DNA of 64,000 nucleotides. Source: Fimicolochytrium jonesii (lineage: Eukaryota). Both the position numbers and the translations under genes were made by a program. Where the stretch lies: the NCBI RefSeq assembly GCF_025526975.1, contig NW_026515693.1:62001-126000 (forward strand), read 5' to 3'. The notes beneath the pieces are model-generated. The model worked only from the letters and a program-made list of their open reading frames with translations. It ran no database searches and was not told the origin of the DNA. The first letter of the stretch is position 1. Each line of letters begins with the position of its first letter. Shown piece by piece: positions 1-13,127 of the stretch.

Positions 1-1507
1 TCCTGCTGGTGTCCCCCGTCCCCAACGAAGGCTCTCCTTGCGCCTACTTTTCATTCAAAAGTCTGGCCGTCAAGAACTCCATGTCTAAGCTGTCCGTGCT
101 GCTCTCAAGGCTCGTGATGACTTGTTCATAGCTGTTTGGTAAGCTGTATATCAAGGTAGTTATGATATCGTCTTCGGGTACTGGTGTGCCAATAGCCTCC
201 AGCTCTTGTGCGAGCTGTCTGACTTTGTTGATGTGATTTGTGATCAAGCCTGACTCGTTCATGGTGATGGTAAGGAACTTCCGAGATAGGAAGAGCTTGC
301 TGGCGAGCACCTTTCGTGCGTGCACCTCAGCTAGCTTGGACCAGGCTTCCCAAGCCGTCTGAGCTGTATGCACATGCATAAGCTGAGTGTTGTTCAGACT
401 GAGGCAGATGTATGCCAAAGCCCACTTGTCCTTCCTCTCCATTGACTCCTCCTCCTCCCCTTCAGCCCCCTTTCCCTGCGACGGGCTTCCTGTAGCCGTG
501 TTCCCTTCCTTCTCCTTCTTCCCAGCTTCCACTGCCACCCAAAGTCCCTTTGCCTTCAACATCATCATCATCCTAAACTTTCACAGATGGTAGTTCTCTC
601 CCGTGAACTTATCCACCATAAGTTTCGAAGTCTCTGAGTCTCCACCCATCGTGTGTTTGAGCTAAATTCGTCGGTTTCGAGTGTGTGGACACGTTTCGGA
701 TGATGGCGTAATGTTGGACGCGTTTTTTGAGTGTCAAGTATTGCGTATCTTGTCGAGTTGAGCACTTTGGCGCGTTTTCAGTCGAAAATGGGTGATTTTG
801 GAAGGATATGTCGAGGGTAGGGTGTAGGTAGCGTCTGTAGGGGGTTGGGAACGTCTTGAATAGGATTGGCGAAGACGGCTTTGGTGATGATAAAGCTCAG
901 GGCTCATAACCTATGAAAAAGTTAGCTGATATAGGTGTATCTGGGAGGTCACTAAGACTGGTTCGCCGATGACTGAGGCACGTAGCTGCCCAAAGGGCAG
1001 TGTTATGATGTAGAGGACAGTACTGTGGCGAGAGTAGTGCGATAGAAAGCTGTGCATTGAAGAGGATAAAGTGAAGAGAGGGGATGGGCAACACGTCTGG
1101 CTTTTATAGGATTTAGGAGCTTCTTTCCTGGGGATCTAGCTATGGGGCCTCCAAAGCACCCTCTGAGACCCCCTCAGAACGCCCAAGCCGTCTCTGAGTG
1201 CCGCCGTTAAGGTTTGTAAGATTTTGCCAAGTCTGTGTGGCCTCATAGGTACCTGCTGATGCCCCATGGGCGTCTGCCAAGTCCGCAGAAGGTGCTACAG
1301 ACTCCCACAAGCTCACTCAAGCCCAATCTAGCTACTACAACCCAATCGCAGCTCCATACAGGCATGACTGTCCGCTATGAGCTCTAAGAACATCATGAAA
1401 GCGCAGTGCTGACGCCTAGATGTCTGGGAAACGATCCAGACATCTTGAGAGCATCCCAAGACGCGTCCCAAGTCTTGCAGAGTCTTCTGAGTGCCGCATT
1501 TTGATGC
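1..1507 (-). mobile_element. Ty1/Copia element 5' portion (LTR ~912-1507, half-tRNA-iMet PBS, decayed gag); same family as 24616-29903
   Basis: Reverse complement aligns with 24620-26190. PBS GGTTATGAGCCCTG at 911..898 directly follows the LTR. Gag (UBN2-like, KWALAYICLSL...AWSKL) starts at ATG 649, has a TGG>TGA stop at 583..581 and runs off the window edge. Confidence 0.92.
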
Positions 1508-2645
1508 GAACCCAAGCTGCCAAACCCGTTGATCTGTGTTCCCCGAGACAAAATCAAGGTCCCTGTTCCTGAACCTGCCTCCTCCAAACCTAGTACCCAG
1601 AACACTGGCACCCCCAAGCCTAGTAACCTAGGCCCTGTCCAGACAATCCAAGTATTGTTTACAAAATCCAAATCCCCAGCCTTGCCCAATGCTCCTAAGT
1701 CTACCTTGGAAGCACTCCTCCCAGACAAATACCAGGAATTTGCTGATTTGTTCAAAAAGAAGCATGCAGACACCCTCCCAGAACATCAACCCTATGATTG
1801 CCCAAACACCCTTGAACAAGGCAGGCAGCCCCCGTTCAAACCCATCTACAACCTAAACAAACCAGAAATGAAGGCCCTTGGCGAGTACCTTGAAGAGAAC
1901 CTTGCCAAGGGCTTCATCTTGCCCTCCAAGTCCCCCTGAAGAAGAAGAATGGGTCCCTTTGCCTCTGCGTGCAATCTAGTGCCCTGAACAGCATCACCAT
2001 CAAGAATCGCTACACTATACCTCTCATCAGTGGCATCCTGGATTGATTGCATGGCGCCTGATGCTTCACCAAGACTGACCTGTGCAGCGCCTAAAATCTC
2101 CATTGGGTACTCCATGAGGATGAGTGGAAAACGGCATTCCGCTGCTGCGACGGTCTCTTTGAGTCCAGTGTGATGCCCTTTGGCCTGTCGAACGCTCCTG
2201 GCCTATTCCAGCACTTGATGGATGACATCTTCTGAGACATCCTGGATGTGTATGTCATGATCCACCTTGATAGAGCATCATCACCTAGCCCTCCACTCCC
2301 GGAAGTTCACCCCCAAGGCGATCAACTACAAGGTCCACGATAAGGAACCTTGCAATCCATGATGCATTCACGCAGTGGCGACACCATCTCACTGGTGCTT
2401 CTCACCGCATCACCGTCCACTGTGATCATAAGAACATCGATCACTTCATGAGCACCCAAAAGCTGAATCGTTGTCAACTTTATCATCACCTATCGCCCTG
2501 GGTCTCAACAGCACCAGGCCAATGCTCTCCCTCGTCGGTCGGAATGTGAGCTAAAGGAGGTAAAATAACCCTTTGACTCCCAAGAAAGCACAGTCCTACC
2601 CTCTAACCGCCTTCACCTCTTTGCCGCATACTTCCTCCTCCTTGA
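1508..2645 (+). pseudogene. Degenerate Gypsy pol fragment (RT/RNase H) related to the 38545-44422 family
   Basis: ORF 1529-1939 (YQEFADLFKKKHADTLPEHQPYDC...PPFKPIYNL...[14 protein letters not shown]) parallels pol 40211-43282. Downstream RT/RH motifs are broken by stops and deletions. Confidence 0.88.
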
Positions 2646-5600
2646 ACAACTGGACCTGTTCCGATGGGGAGTATCCAGGTCGGTCATCGTGCGCAAGATT
2701 GCCCTAAAACGGGGAAGTGTCATGCCGTCCTCAAGCTGTGCCTTGAGCCCAACAACGATTGAAACACCTTCCAGAAATCTGCCCGGTAATGGGAATCCTG
2801 ATCTCCAACGGTCACAGCTACAGTACCTATATGGTGCCATACCTCACTGAAGTGAAGCTGGGCCACCTTGACAGTTGTCGTGGATGTTGCAGGTATAAAG
2901 TACGCGCGCAATGACAGCTAGTCAATGAAGACAATAATATTGTCGTAGAATGCATCACTATGCACCTTCCCCCTCCCACGACCGTGTTATTGGCATTGAG
3001 ACAGAATCCATACCTTTTTGTGTGGCAACGTCGGTCGGGAATTGGGAGCAAACAAAGCAAGCCAACACGCTTATTCTTCGGCAACTTGAACCTTTGGCAA
3101 CACCCACAAGTCTTTGTGTACCTTCTCACATCTGCGTCCATATTGGGTCGGTAAAATTTGCCTAAAACCTTGCCCAATGTACCTTGTATCACCATATGCG
3201 AGCCAGAAAGCAACGAGTCGTGGTACGCTTGCAATATAATTCCTTGTAAAGCAGCTGGGACCTCAAACTTATTGTGATACAGTAATCATCCTTGCTCATT
3301 GATCAAAAAGCGTCAATCGAATGTAGACTGCCGTTCCTTTGGCTCTGACAACGCATCTTTCCAAGAAGCGAAGTACTCATCAGTCTCCAAGGTTTGTATC
3401 CAATCCTCAAGTGTAACATTCCCCAAGGGAATATACTCGACAGACATATGGCTGCAACGATCTCAGCTTGCCTGTTACACTTGGCGCAGCGCGGCGCGTA
3501 ATAAGGGTTACAACTCAACACATCTGCAACAGTGTTCCAACAACCAAGTTTGAATTGCTGCAGGAATTCAACCCATTGCGCTTGGCGATGGCAAAGGACG
3601 GGCTGTGCCCGCAGCCAGACCAAACTAGCGTGATCAGTGAACGCGCAAGATGGGCGGTCAATTGTCCAATCCTGCAAGCATTGCCTATTTGCCTTGCATA
3701 TCTTGACCAGAGCTAATAGCTCTTGTTCGTGCACGAGCTAATAGCTCTTGTTTGCCTGCATCTTCCGCCCAAAGAGAGAGATTGGCTTTAACCATGGCTG
3801 ATTCTCAAATCCCTTCACTGAGGTAGGCAACAGTGATGGGTAATGCTCCGGTGGATCTGCCAGCTGGGCAAGCCATCCCCCTATGGCAAAACCCCGATGC
3901 ATCCGTATACACATATAAATCTTGCTGTGGGTTGTAAGATGCGAGCATAGGAGCTGTAAGAATAGCTTCCCTTAGCTTCACAAAAGCTTCTTCTTTGACA
4001 TCGTCCCAGTGCCAAGGCCCATTGCCCGACTGTAGCTCTGTCAATGGATGCGCAATGCATGCATAACATTCGATGTATTGACTCATGTAATTTGTCAACC
4101 CTAAGAAATATTGGACCTCCTTCTGTTTTGTAGGGCGTGCAAAACTTTGCACGGCGTCCAATTTCGAGGGTGCAATGGCCATCGTATCCTCTCCCAGGAT
4201 ATGGCCGGAGAATTCAAGCTTTTTTGCATCTACAGCCAAAACGCTATCCACATGAGCGATATGCTCCTCAGCCGTTTCTGAGGAGATTAAGATACCATCC
4301 ATGCAAGATATTACATATGCATCCTACATCTTGCCCAATATGTGATTGGTTAATCATTGGAATGTTGCTGACGCATTTGTCAATCCAAACGGCATAACCA
4401 AATGCTCAAAATGCCCAAACAGCTACCAAAATGCTGTTTTGTCTCTACCAGCCTGGCAAACCAAGAGGCGGTGATATGCATCCTTGATATCCACCAATGA
4501 CTTCAAATTCTTTCCAAGTACCCAAGATTCGGTAACGGCGTACGATCCTTTATCGTTGCTTTATTCAGCCCACGATAGTCAATACACATGCGGAGACCGC
4601 CATCCTTTTTCTTACCAAACAACACTGCGGCGCCCTACGGGCTCTGCGCGTGTTGAATCCAAGCGCGCTTGAGCATGAGAGTAACCTTCTCGTTCAGCTC
4701 TTTGAGTTTGGCTTTGCTCATATGTCGTAAAGGATTGAAGACTGGTTTCGTACCAGGCTCCAGCTCAATATGGAAATCATCCTCTCCTCTATCGGGCGGC
4801 AACTCGGCGTGCTCGACAAACAAACTATCCACGTACTTCTCGAAAGTTGGATAAAGAAGGTAATCCGATGGCATGCCCAAATCAACCTTCTGGCCTGTAA
4901 CAGCGCTCATTTGAATCTCTGGCTCTGGTTCAGCGCTATCGCGCTCATCTGTGGGAACATAAGCGGGGGCCAAATTCACTGCAGCTTCCATGTCCATCGC
5001 GTACGCTATGTAACGCTTCCCATACACCTTCTTTCGAGATAAGCAAGTGAGCTTCTTATAAGTTACATCGCCTTCACTCAAGTCTTCTTGTTCAGGCATC
5101 GCCGCCTTGAAGCGTTTAGACTTCTTTCTGATGGCAAAAAACCGCAGATCGGCCGCTTTACAGGATGATTGGGATTCCCACTTTCTGGCTACCGGTCTGG
5201 CAACCAGGGTGTGTTCAAGTTCATCTGCACAGAAGCATAGAATGGGAATCTCATCATCTATGTGCTCGAAACAAACACCGTCAAGCATATAGATCCACGG
5301 TCATCCAAGGATAACATCTACCCGCAGAGGAGGAACCACAATTGGAAGCCTTTCTCACGAATAGTGTCATTGATCCCCCCATAAGTGAAGATTGCCACAA
5401 AATAGCTTGTTGGCGTTGAATGTATGGCCATCGTTGCCCCAGGCAACATCAACTGGTGTTTTGAGGTTATAGCTTTGAAAACCATGTTTTGACACCCATC
5501 CCTGACTGACGTACCATACTTGTTGTGCATTCTGTATCGATCAAAATGTGACAAAACTTGCCATAAAGGTCAAATGCACATCGTGCAATCAACGCATCGG

Positions 5601-8176
5601 GTTGCAGTTGCAGTGCTTCAGGCCTTGGAAAAACGGTTTCAGTCTTGTCTGGCCGAGCCTCAAGTTCCTCATCAATGGACACCATTGCCCAATGAGACAA
5701 ATAAAGGGTGTCTTTATTTAACATCTCTACTGAAATGACTTGTTCTGCCCGGCATTCCAATGTGGCTTTTCCTGAACCTCATCGGCGTTTTTATCCTTTG
5801 TTTTTTTCAGGACAATCCTGTGCACGATGACCCATCTTGCCACAATCAAAACACTTCATGTATGGGAGGTCAGGGCTGTGCGTAAGGTTTAGCAGCTTCC
5901 GCCTTTTTTGCTTTCCCCCCCCTTCTTGCCCGCAGTACCGCGGAGGAAGAGACGTTAGCTCGTTTAGGCGCATTGCTACTACCAGAAGCAAGCGCTTTAT
6001 CGTTCGCGTTGGGTCCCTTATCAGCGAGACGACGTACAGTGTAACAATGCTAGGTCCGTTGCCAGAGGCTAGCTCTGTCTCCGCCTCGATGTATTGAAAG
6101 AATTCTAGAGTCTCTACCTCCCAGGGCGCCGCCCGAAGGCCTTTCTTCTCTTCGGGAGTCACCCCCGAGCGTAGGACTTTAATATAATCTATGCTACACG
6201 TGATCTCATGCCTTACGCGTTCCCCCCACACTAGGGTGACACCTGCAGCACCTCATTACATACTGTGAAAGAGAGTAGCGCACAATCCATCAAACAAAGC
6301 AATGGAAATGGAACCAGCGGGTGTTGCTCCCTATGATCGACCATCGTATGCAACAACGACTGGGCAATCTCATAGCCAAAGGTGTTGGTCTCATCACGAG
6401 TAAGACCGCAAAGAAACAGATTATTCAAATTGTGGGGGGTAACAACCTCCAAGTTGCGCTGTGCCTCAGCAACGATACGCTTGAATTCTGTCACGTACAA
6501 ATCCATCGACTTATGAAAAGTCATACGATGCAGAGCGTTGAGCGCGTTGGTTTTCGTGTTCGTAGGATAAAACGCTAGTTTGAAAGCCGTTTCAAAATCC
6601 TCTTTCCGCATGTCAAGCCTGCATGCGGTGTCAAACCAGGTACGTGCGTTGCCTTCAAGCGAGCTGGATACCTTCTGCATGTACTTAAAGTCGTCAATCG
6701 GAAGACCAAAAGTAACCATGAAGTCCGTATGCTTCTGCAAAAACGTGTCGACAAAAGCGGCCTCGCGCCGTTTGCCATTAAACGGATGCTGCGAGATCCA
6801 TGTGCCATGATGCCTACGCTGCTTGATATAGAGCGGATCCACAGACCCATCCTGCTGCACATCACGGTGCATTGTGGACTCACGCTCCAACGTAGCTCGC
6901 AAACAATCCTGTCGAGCCTGATGTTCGTTGGCATGTTGATTGCAAACTTCTGCTTGAGCAGCATCAATTCGGGCATTGAACTCCTCACCGGAGATTGTCA
7001 ACATAGCCGTAGCGGGTGGGTTACCAGCAGGAGGTGGAGATGGTCCACCGACCTGAATACCCTCCATTGGAACAGGTCCCGTCGTTTGAGGAGGAAGAGG
7101 AAGGCGAACTTCAACACGAGGCTCGTCAACCAAACTCTCCGGCTCCTCAACGATCTCAGTAATACCAGCTGTACCCCCAGGAGTGTTGTCCTCACTCCTG
7201 GTAACTGTACTACCCGTTGACGTACTCATGACGACCTTCTGGCCAGTGTAATCACGTTTTCAGTTTGAATAACCTCAAACAACGACGAATAGGTCCAGAA
7301 TGCGGACAGCAGTACTCCGTTGATGTTGTATAGCTCAGTACCTCGAGCAAATACACACAAACAACTAGGTTTCGAATCAGGTATATGCCGTATGCAATAA
7401 CCCAAATTCGGGCATAGATTTCCCCTCTTTTTGAGCGAAAAATCAAAATCCACCATGTCCGATGTGGGCGGGCTTTGGCTATGTTGATCCTAGACAGGAT
7501 CTGAAGCTACAGTTTAAAGAGGCCTTTGAGAGGATCAAGAAGAACCCTAACGGGTTAGCTCTGTCCTAAAACTGAAAGACTTTTCCTATCCGCCCGTTTT
7601 CGCTTAAGTATCGAATTAACGACGAAGGCGATGACGGATAACTCGTTTTGCAGTGATTCAAAAATCCCAAAACGTTCAGGTAAATTCAAGGTAATTCTCT
7701 AGATTGGGAAGAACCTTTTGGGGGTCATTTCGGTCAAAACTGCTGCAGTTTTGCTATACGGAGGTTATAGTGGCAATGAAAAACCCGTTTTTTGATATCT
7801 CCGTACCCGTAGGTCGAATCTCTGTGAAACTTTCACAAGTCTTCAAGCTCAGTGTGCTCTAAGAGGTTTCCGAGTTTGAAGAGGATCGAATTACTGGGGT
7901 AGGATTCTAATCCGTGGACGGGTTACTAATTGGCTACTAGTAAACACGCGTTTATGTTGACTATGTGTCGACCGTTGAACGTATACCCTCAAGATGTTGA
8001 TATACCGAAAGAGTAAGGTATGGATGGCAAACTGTGAGTTATGGCGGTTTGTTTAACCATCCAGGTGCGAAAAGCAAGGTGGTTGCAACGTATCAGTCGT
8101 TCCACTAGGTAAATAACCTAGAGGTTGGCGCTTCTTGACTATAGCGCATTAGGGGCTTCAGGAGTTGCGGTGGACA
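2646..8176 (-). mobile_element. Decayed Ty3/Gypsy element 'B' (gag, zinc knuckle, protease, RT, RH, partial IN; candidate 5' LTR from 7456)
   Basis: Gag-like ORF 6231-7229; CFDCGKMGHRAQDC knuckle (5791-6231); ILIDTECTTS protease; RT/RH fragments (WIQHAQSP, FLGLTNY, YTDASG, HEQELLA); IN zinc-binding fragment. Minus strand ...GGACA|TGGTGGA at 7456 looks like an LTR end plus a tRNA PBS. The outer LTR boundary (8176, TGTCC...GGACA) is tentative. Confidence 0.8.
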
Positions 8177-8819
8177 TTGTGCTAGACATCCTCAAGGCAA
8201 TATGAAATGTCTAGAAGTGTTGTATCGATATTCTGTGACAATTGCTACATCCGCAATTTTGCCATGCTGAAGTTGCCAATGCCTTTATCCACTACGAAGG
8301 TCGTTCCGGTCCCAAAAAGTTATTCTACCATGTGTTGTTGACTACCTTTGTAACGTCAGAGGAAACGTAGACGATATTGGGCCCTTCTGAGAGGGCTGAG
8401 AGCAGTGTATTGTAGTGAGGAAAAAAGTAAGAAGCTCTTTGCAGCGGCCGCTCGACTGACAGCTTTATATATGGGCTGCCAGTGGGGCTTGCGTGGCTTC
8501 AGTGAGGCTTGGCGCCTTATTCAATGTATCACCGAGAGCTCGGGTGGCCAGCCCGGGTCTCGGATCAAGTAGAAGTAAAGAGATATAATATGAAATACAC
8601 GTGAAGATGAGATATCCCCGACACCTCCCTCAGATCCTGAGGAGGGCGCCGAATAAGTAAGAGGTGAACTACAAGGGATATGTGAAGAAAGGGAGAGCTC
8701 ATGTTCATTTTAAAGTGTTGACGCACTTGTTCATTTTATAGTGTTGACGACCTGTGTGCAGTGTGTGTTTGAGGCAAAGGCGTCCCTAAGCCGACGTCGT
8801 GTGTGATGTGTGTGTGTAA

Positions 8820-9146
8820 TGTAATGTGGAGTGTCTGGTCTTATTGGGGAACGACACGTCGCGTCTGTTAGACAGGCCTTGGGGAAAAATACCTGTATGT
8901 GATGGGAATATACAGGTATTTCCTGGCCTACGACGCGTCTTGACAGTGTTCTCCAGTTGGCTCCGTCCTCATGGGTACTTCAACAGTGCTCGTCATGCGT
9001 TCCTATGCACAACAAGTAGTTCTTTTACTACATACCGAATAGCAGCGCCGGCGAACACCCAGTCCGCCTACAATACCTTACAGCAAAGTAGTTATTGTAT
9101 ACGAACATCAGTAATACAACCCATGTGGAAGGTAGTCCACATCACA
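8820..9146 (+). mobile_element. 327-bp solo LTR inserted into the LTR of element A
   Basis: TGTAATGTGG...CCACATCACA termini; 5-bp TSD TGTAA (8815-8819 and 9147-9151); absent from the homologous LTR at ~20120. Other copies at 22051-22253 and 31314-31643. Confidence 0.93.
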
Positions 9147-10592
9147 TGTAAGGTCGGTTCTTGCGTCGCCGCGCGTGATGTGATGAAGTTTACGTCGGTA
9201 TTGTCAGCGGTGTGATTGATAGTGAGCGGTTCTTGCGGCGTCGCGCGTGTGATGTGATATGAGATGCTCTATGCTGTTCGTCTCCGTATCCACAAAGATT
9301 GTGGGTGAGCTTTTTGCCGTCGTTTGTAGGCAGGTGTGTAGCAAAGTGCGGATTCGGGTTCCCAAGTAGGGTCAGGATAACCGAGCCATTTGACTAGAAG
9401 ATTTTGTACGGCGCGTCGCTCGTCGATGATATCTTCTACAACCCATTCAGGTTGTCCTCGTTCTTCGATTGGTGGAGGAGGTTGAGGAACTGCACGTTGC
9501 GGATACTGCTCTTCGCGATATGGTCGTAAAATATTGACGTGAAAGACGGGCTGGATGCCGCTGATCTTCATTGGTAATAAATCGAGTTTGTAGGTATCAG
9601 GATGTGCTCCCAGTGCGATAATGTTGAATGGTCCGATCCACGTAGCTGAGTATCGAAGTCTTCTTCGAGCGTCTACCTCTAGGTTGATTCCTTGTTGATT
9701 TAGGTCGACGAGGTCGCCAATTTTGTATGCGACTGGCGTTCGACCTTTGTCATGTTGACATGCGAATTGATCTTGCGATCTCTGAAGGTTTTTGCGTACG
9801 ATACGGGCGATATCTTCCTGCCCTTTTTTGAAGAGTTCGATTTCGTTTCGATCTACAGCTCAAAGTTTGAGTTCCTGTCCTTCGAGTGTTGGATTCCAAC
9901 CCGGGAGGATTGGAGAGCGTCCGAGATCTACCTCAAATGGTGATAAACCTTCATATTCCTCCCTCGGAGCGGTGTTGTATGCGAATTCGATTAAAGGCAA
10001 TAGTTTCTTCCAATTGCTTTTGTCGTAGTTGAGGTATTGCTTCCAAATCCTTTTCAGGGTTTGGATGGCTCGCTCAACTTTGCCGTCAGTTTGCTGATGA
10101 CCAGCCGTAGCGAATTCGTGTTTTACGCCGAGGAGAATATCGAATGCGAGGAAGAAGTCGGAAAGTGCGCGAGGTTCGCGATCCGTAACAAAGACTTTTG
10201 GCGTACCGACATGTTTCCAAACATGGTCTAGAAAGACTTGGGCTAGTTTGCGTCCAGTGATTGTCTTCTTGATTGGTGTCAGAATCACACGTCTGGAAAG
10301 GTAATCAATGCAAACGAGACAAGAGTTTGTTTCATCTACTTCGAAAATGTCGAATCAGATCGTGTGCCATCTTCCAAAAGGTATAGGAAGAGGTCGAAGA
10401 AACCCGTATCGATGATGACCAGGTTTGGATTGTCAACAGGATTTGCAAGTTCCAACGTATTTGATGACGTCGGAGCGTACGGTAGGCCAGTAATAGTCCG
10501 TAAGAATTCTCGCAAGAGTCTTCTTAACACCGAGATGTCCTCCGGTGGCGAGTTCGTCATGGAATTTCCGCAAAATCTTCGGGCGAATGTCT

Positions 10593-13127
10593 TCAGGAAC
10601 GTATAGACGTCCTTCGTGTCGTACTAATCCATTTTTGAACGTATAACGGAGTTCTTTCAAGTTTTCTCGTGTTGAGGCTTTCGAGAGATTTCATCGAGAT
10701 AATCCGAATATGGATCTTCGCATAGCGGTGGTTTCCATTCTTCTTCTGAGCAGACAGGTGAGTTTGTGGATTGTCTGTCGTAGCATTGGAGGAAGGTTCA
10801 TTGACAAGCATGTTGCTGATCTGCGTATGCATGTCGAGGCGTCGTTGACAATCTACACCCTGAGGTGCATAGATTGGATTGTGGGAGAGCATGTCGGCGA
10901 TATGATTCCATCGTCCAGGTAAATACTGGATGTCGAAATCATACTCTTGTAGCTTTTCCACCCAATTGGCTTGTCTTCTGCTCAAATGGGGTTGCGCTTG
11001 GATGAATTTGAGTCCCTTGTGATCGCTAAAACATCGGAAGTAACGACTGATGAGATATGGTGGATTGGCGATCAACATCTTGACAAGAGCTAATAGCTCC
11101 TGTTCGTGCGTAGGATATCGAGTTTCTGCGTCCTTCATCTTTCTAGAAAAGAAGACCACAGGCCGGAGCGGAGGTAACTTCTTCCATTGTCCGACGAGAG
11201 TAGGCAGATTTGTAGGGATCGTTTCATTGCCAGAAGGTTGTCCAATCCAGCCAGCGATAGCGTAGCCTGATGAGTCGGTATAGACATAAATTGGCTTGGT
11301 TTCATCGATTGTTGCTAGCGTAGGCGCATTGATCAACGCTTCTTTCAACTTTTGAAATGCCTCTTGTTGCCCAGGACCCCATCGAAATTTAACTTTCGAA
11401 GATTGAATACTTGATAGGGGCAGAGCGATGTCCGAATAACCTTGTACGAAGTCGAGGAAGTAGTTCGTGAACCCGAGAAAGCTTTGAACTCCTTTTGTTG
11501 GCTTTGGAATAGCCCAATCCTTGATAGCTTGGATTTTTGAGGGCGCGATGCGAACACCATGTCTTCCGACAATATGTCCACACGATTCGAGTTCTTCTTT
11601 AGCCCATACGCACTTTGAAGGCTTGATGTAAAGGGCGTGTTGTTCAAGTTTCTTCAGGATACGATGGACGTGTTCCCGATGTTCGGCTAAGGTCTTCGAG
11701 AAAATGAAAATGTCGTCCAGATAGGTAGCGAGGAGCTCGTCGTAATCTTTATGGAAGATCTTATTCATAAGACGTTGAAATGCAGCAGGTGCGTTGGTAA
11801 GCCTGAACGGCATGACCAAATACTCGAAATGTCCGAAGCGAGTTCGTATTGCTGTTTTTTCTCGATCTTGTTTTCGTATAAGAAGACGATGGTATGCTTC
11901 TCGAATATCGATAAGTGTAAACCATTTACAACCTTGAATCCGATCCCTCATCTCACGAATATTGGGTAAAGGAGTGCGATCTTTTTTGGTGACGGAGTTG
12001 AGACCTTGGTAGTCCCAACAGATGCGTAATCCGCCATCTTTCTTTTTCGCAAAGACGACACTAGCTCCCCAGGGACTTGAGGAGTGTTGTATCCATCCTT
12101 TTTCCAGCATCGAGGTGATTTGTTTCTTGAGTTCAGCAAGTTCTTCTCTGTTCATGTGCCGAAGAGGTTGCCTAACGGGTTCAGCACCTTCAGTGAGTTC
12201 GATCTTGAAATTATCTTCTCCGCAATCAGGGGGTTGACCTTCCGGTTCCTTGAAGAGCGTACTGACGTATTTATATAGGATATCCTTGAGATGTCCTGGA
12301 TTTCCTTTAAGCTCTTGAGGAGCGTCCGGGATTTCGTTAAGAGCAAGGCGACAGACTGTGTCTTTTTCAAACTTGTTCCGTCGCCAAGCCTTATTGAATC
12401 GCTTGGAACTCATTTCTATGACTTGAGGATTGCGAAGGGCATTGGCTTGAGCGAATCGAGATACGTAATGAGGTGCGGCTTGTAGAGGACGAGTGACCAC
12501 AGGTTTGATGATCTGAACAGGTCGAACGGGTCTTTTGTGATAAACCGGATCTCGTTGTACATCGAAGTAAGGGTTGTTGTGTTTTGGGATGTATTCAACG
12601 TCTTCCCAGTTTCTTGAAGTTCTTTCGCACTTGATGGTGACAGACTGCAGTGCGCTTGGTATAGGGCCGTAATTGGTCCAGCAAAGGATAGGTAAGGTAC
12701 TCATCGAGAACTGTTCAGCGTAATTAAAGAAACGCCAGAAAGGCATTCCAAGAATAGCGTCGTAAGCCAGATTACTGACTAGCCAGGGAAGTTGTCCAAC
12801 TAAGAAAAGCGACTGAGATTCGAGATCCGATAGATCTAACTTTTCCGAAACGACCGTGTCAAGAATCATGTATGATTCTTTGTCGGCCAGCCATATCTGC
12901 TTCGGTTTGATACGTTTCTTGGGAAACTTGTGCTTTTCGACGAATGTCTTGTCAAGGAATAACCCAGTTGCGCCGCTATCAAAAAGAAAACGAGCAAGCT
13001 TGTTTCCGATGCGACAATGAGAGACCCAGAGTCCAGCATACAGTCGTTCAAAGGCAGGTTTATCGGTAGGATCGTATGTTGTGGGCCGAGCAGAGCTACC
13101 GAGGGGCTCTATCGACCTTGGAAAAAA
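10593..13127 (-). pseudogene. Element A pol (PR-RT-RH), entered by a -1 frameshift; IN and chromodomain continue in broken frames to 9269
   Basis: The -1 frame from slippery T TTT TTC (13127..13121) is open through FLFDSGATG into ORF 10593-12869 (RICWDYQGLN, YLVMPFRLTNAP, YLDD, YTDSSG). Confidence 0.88.
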
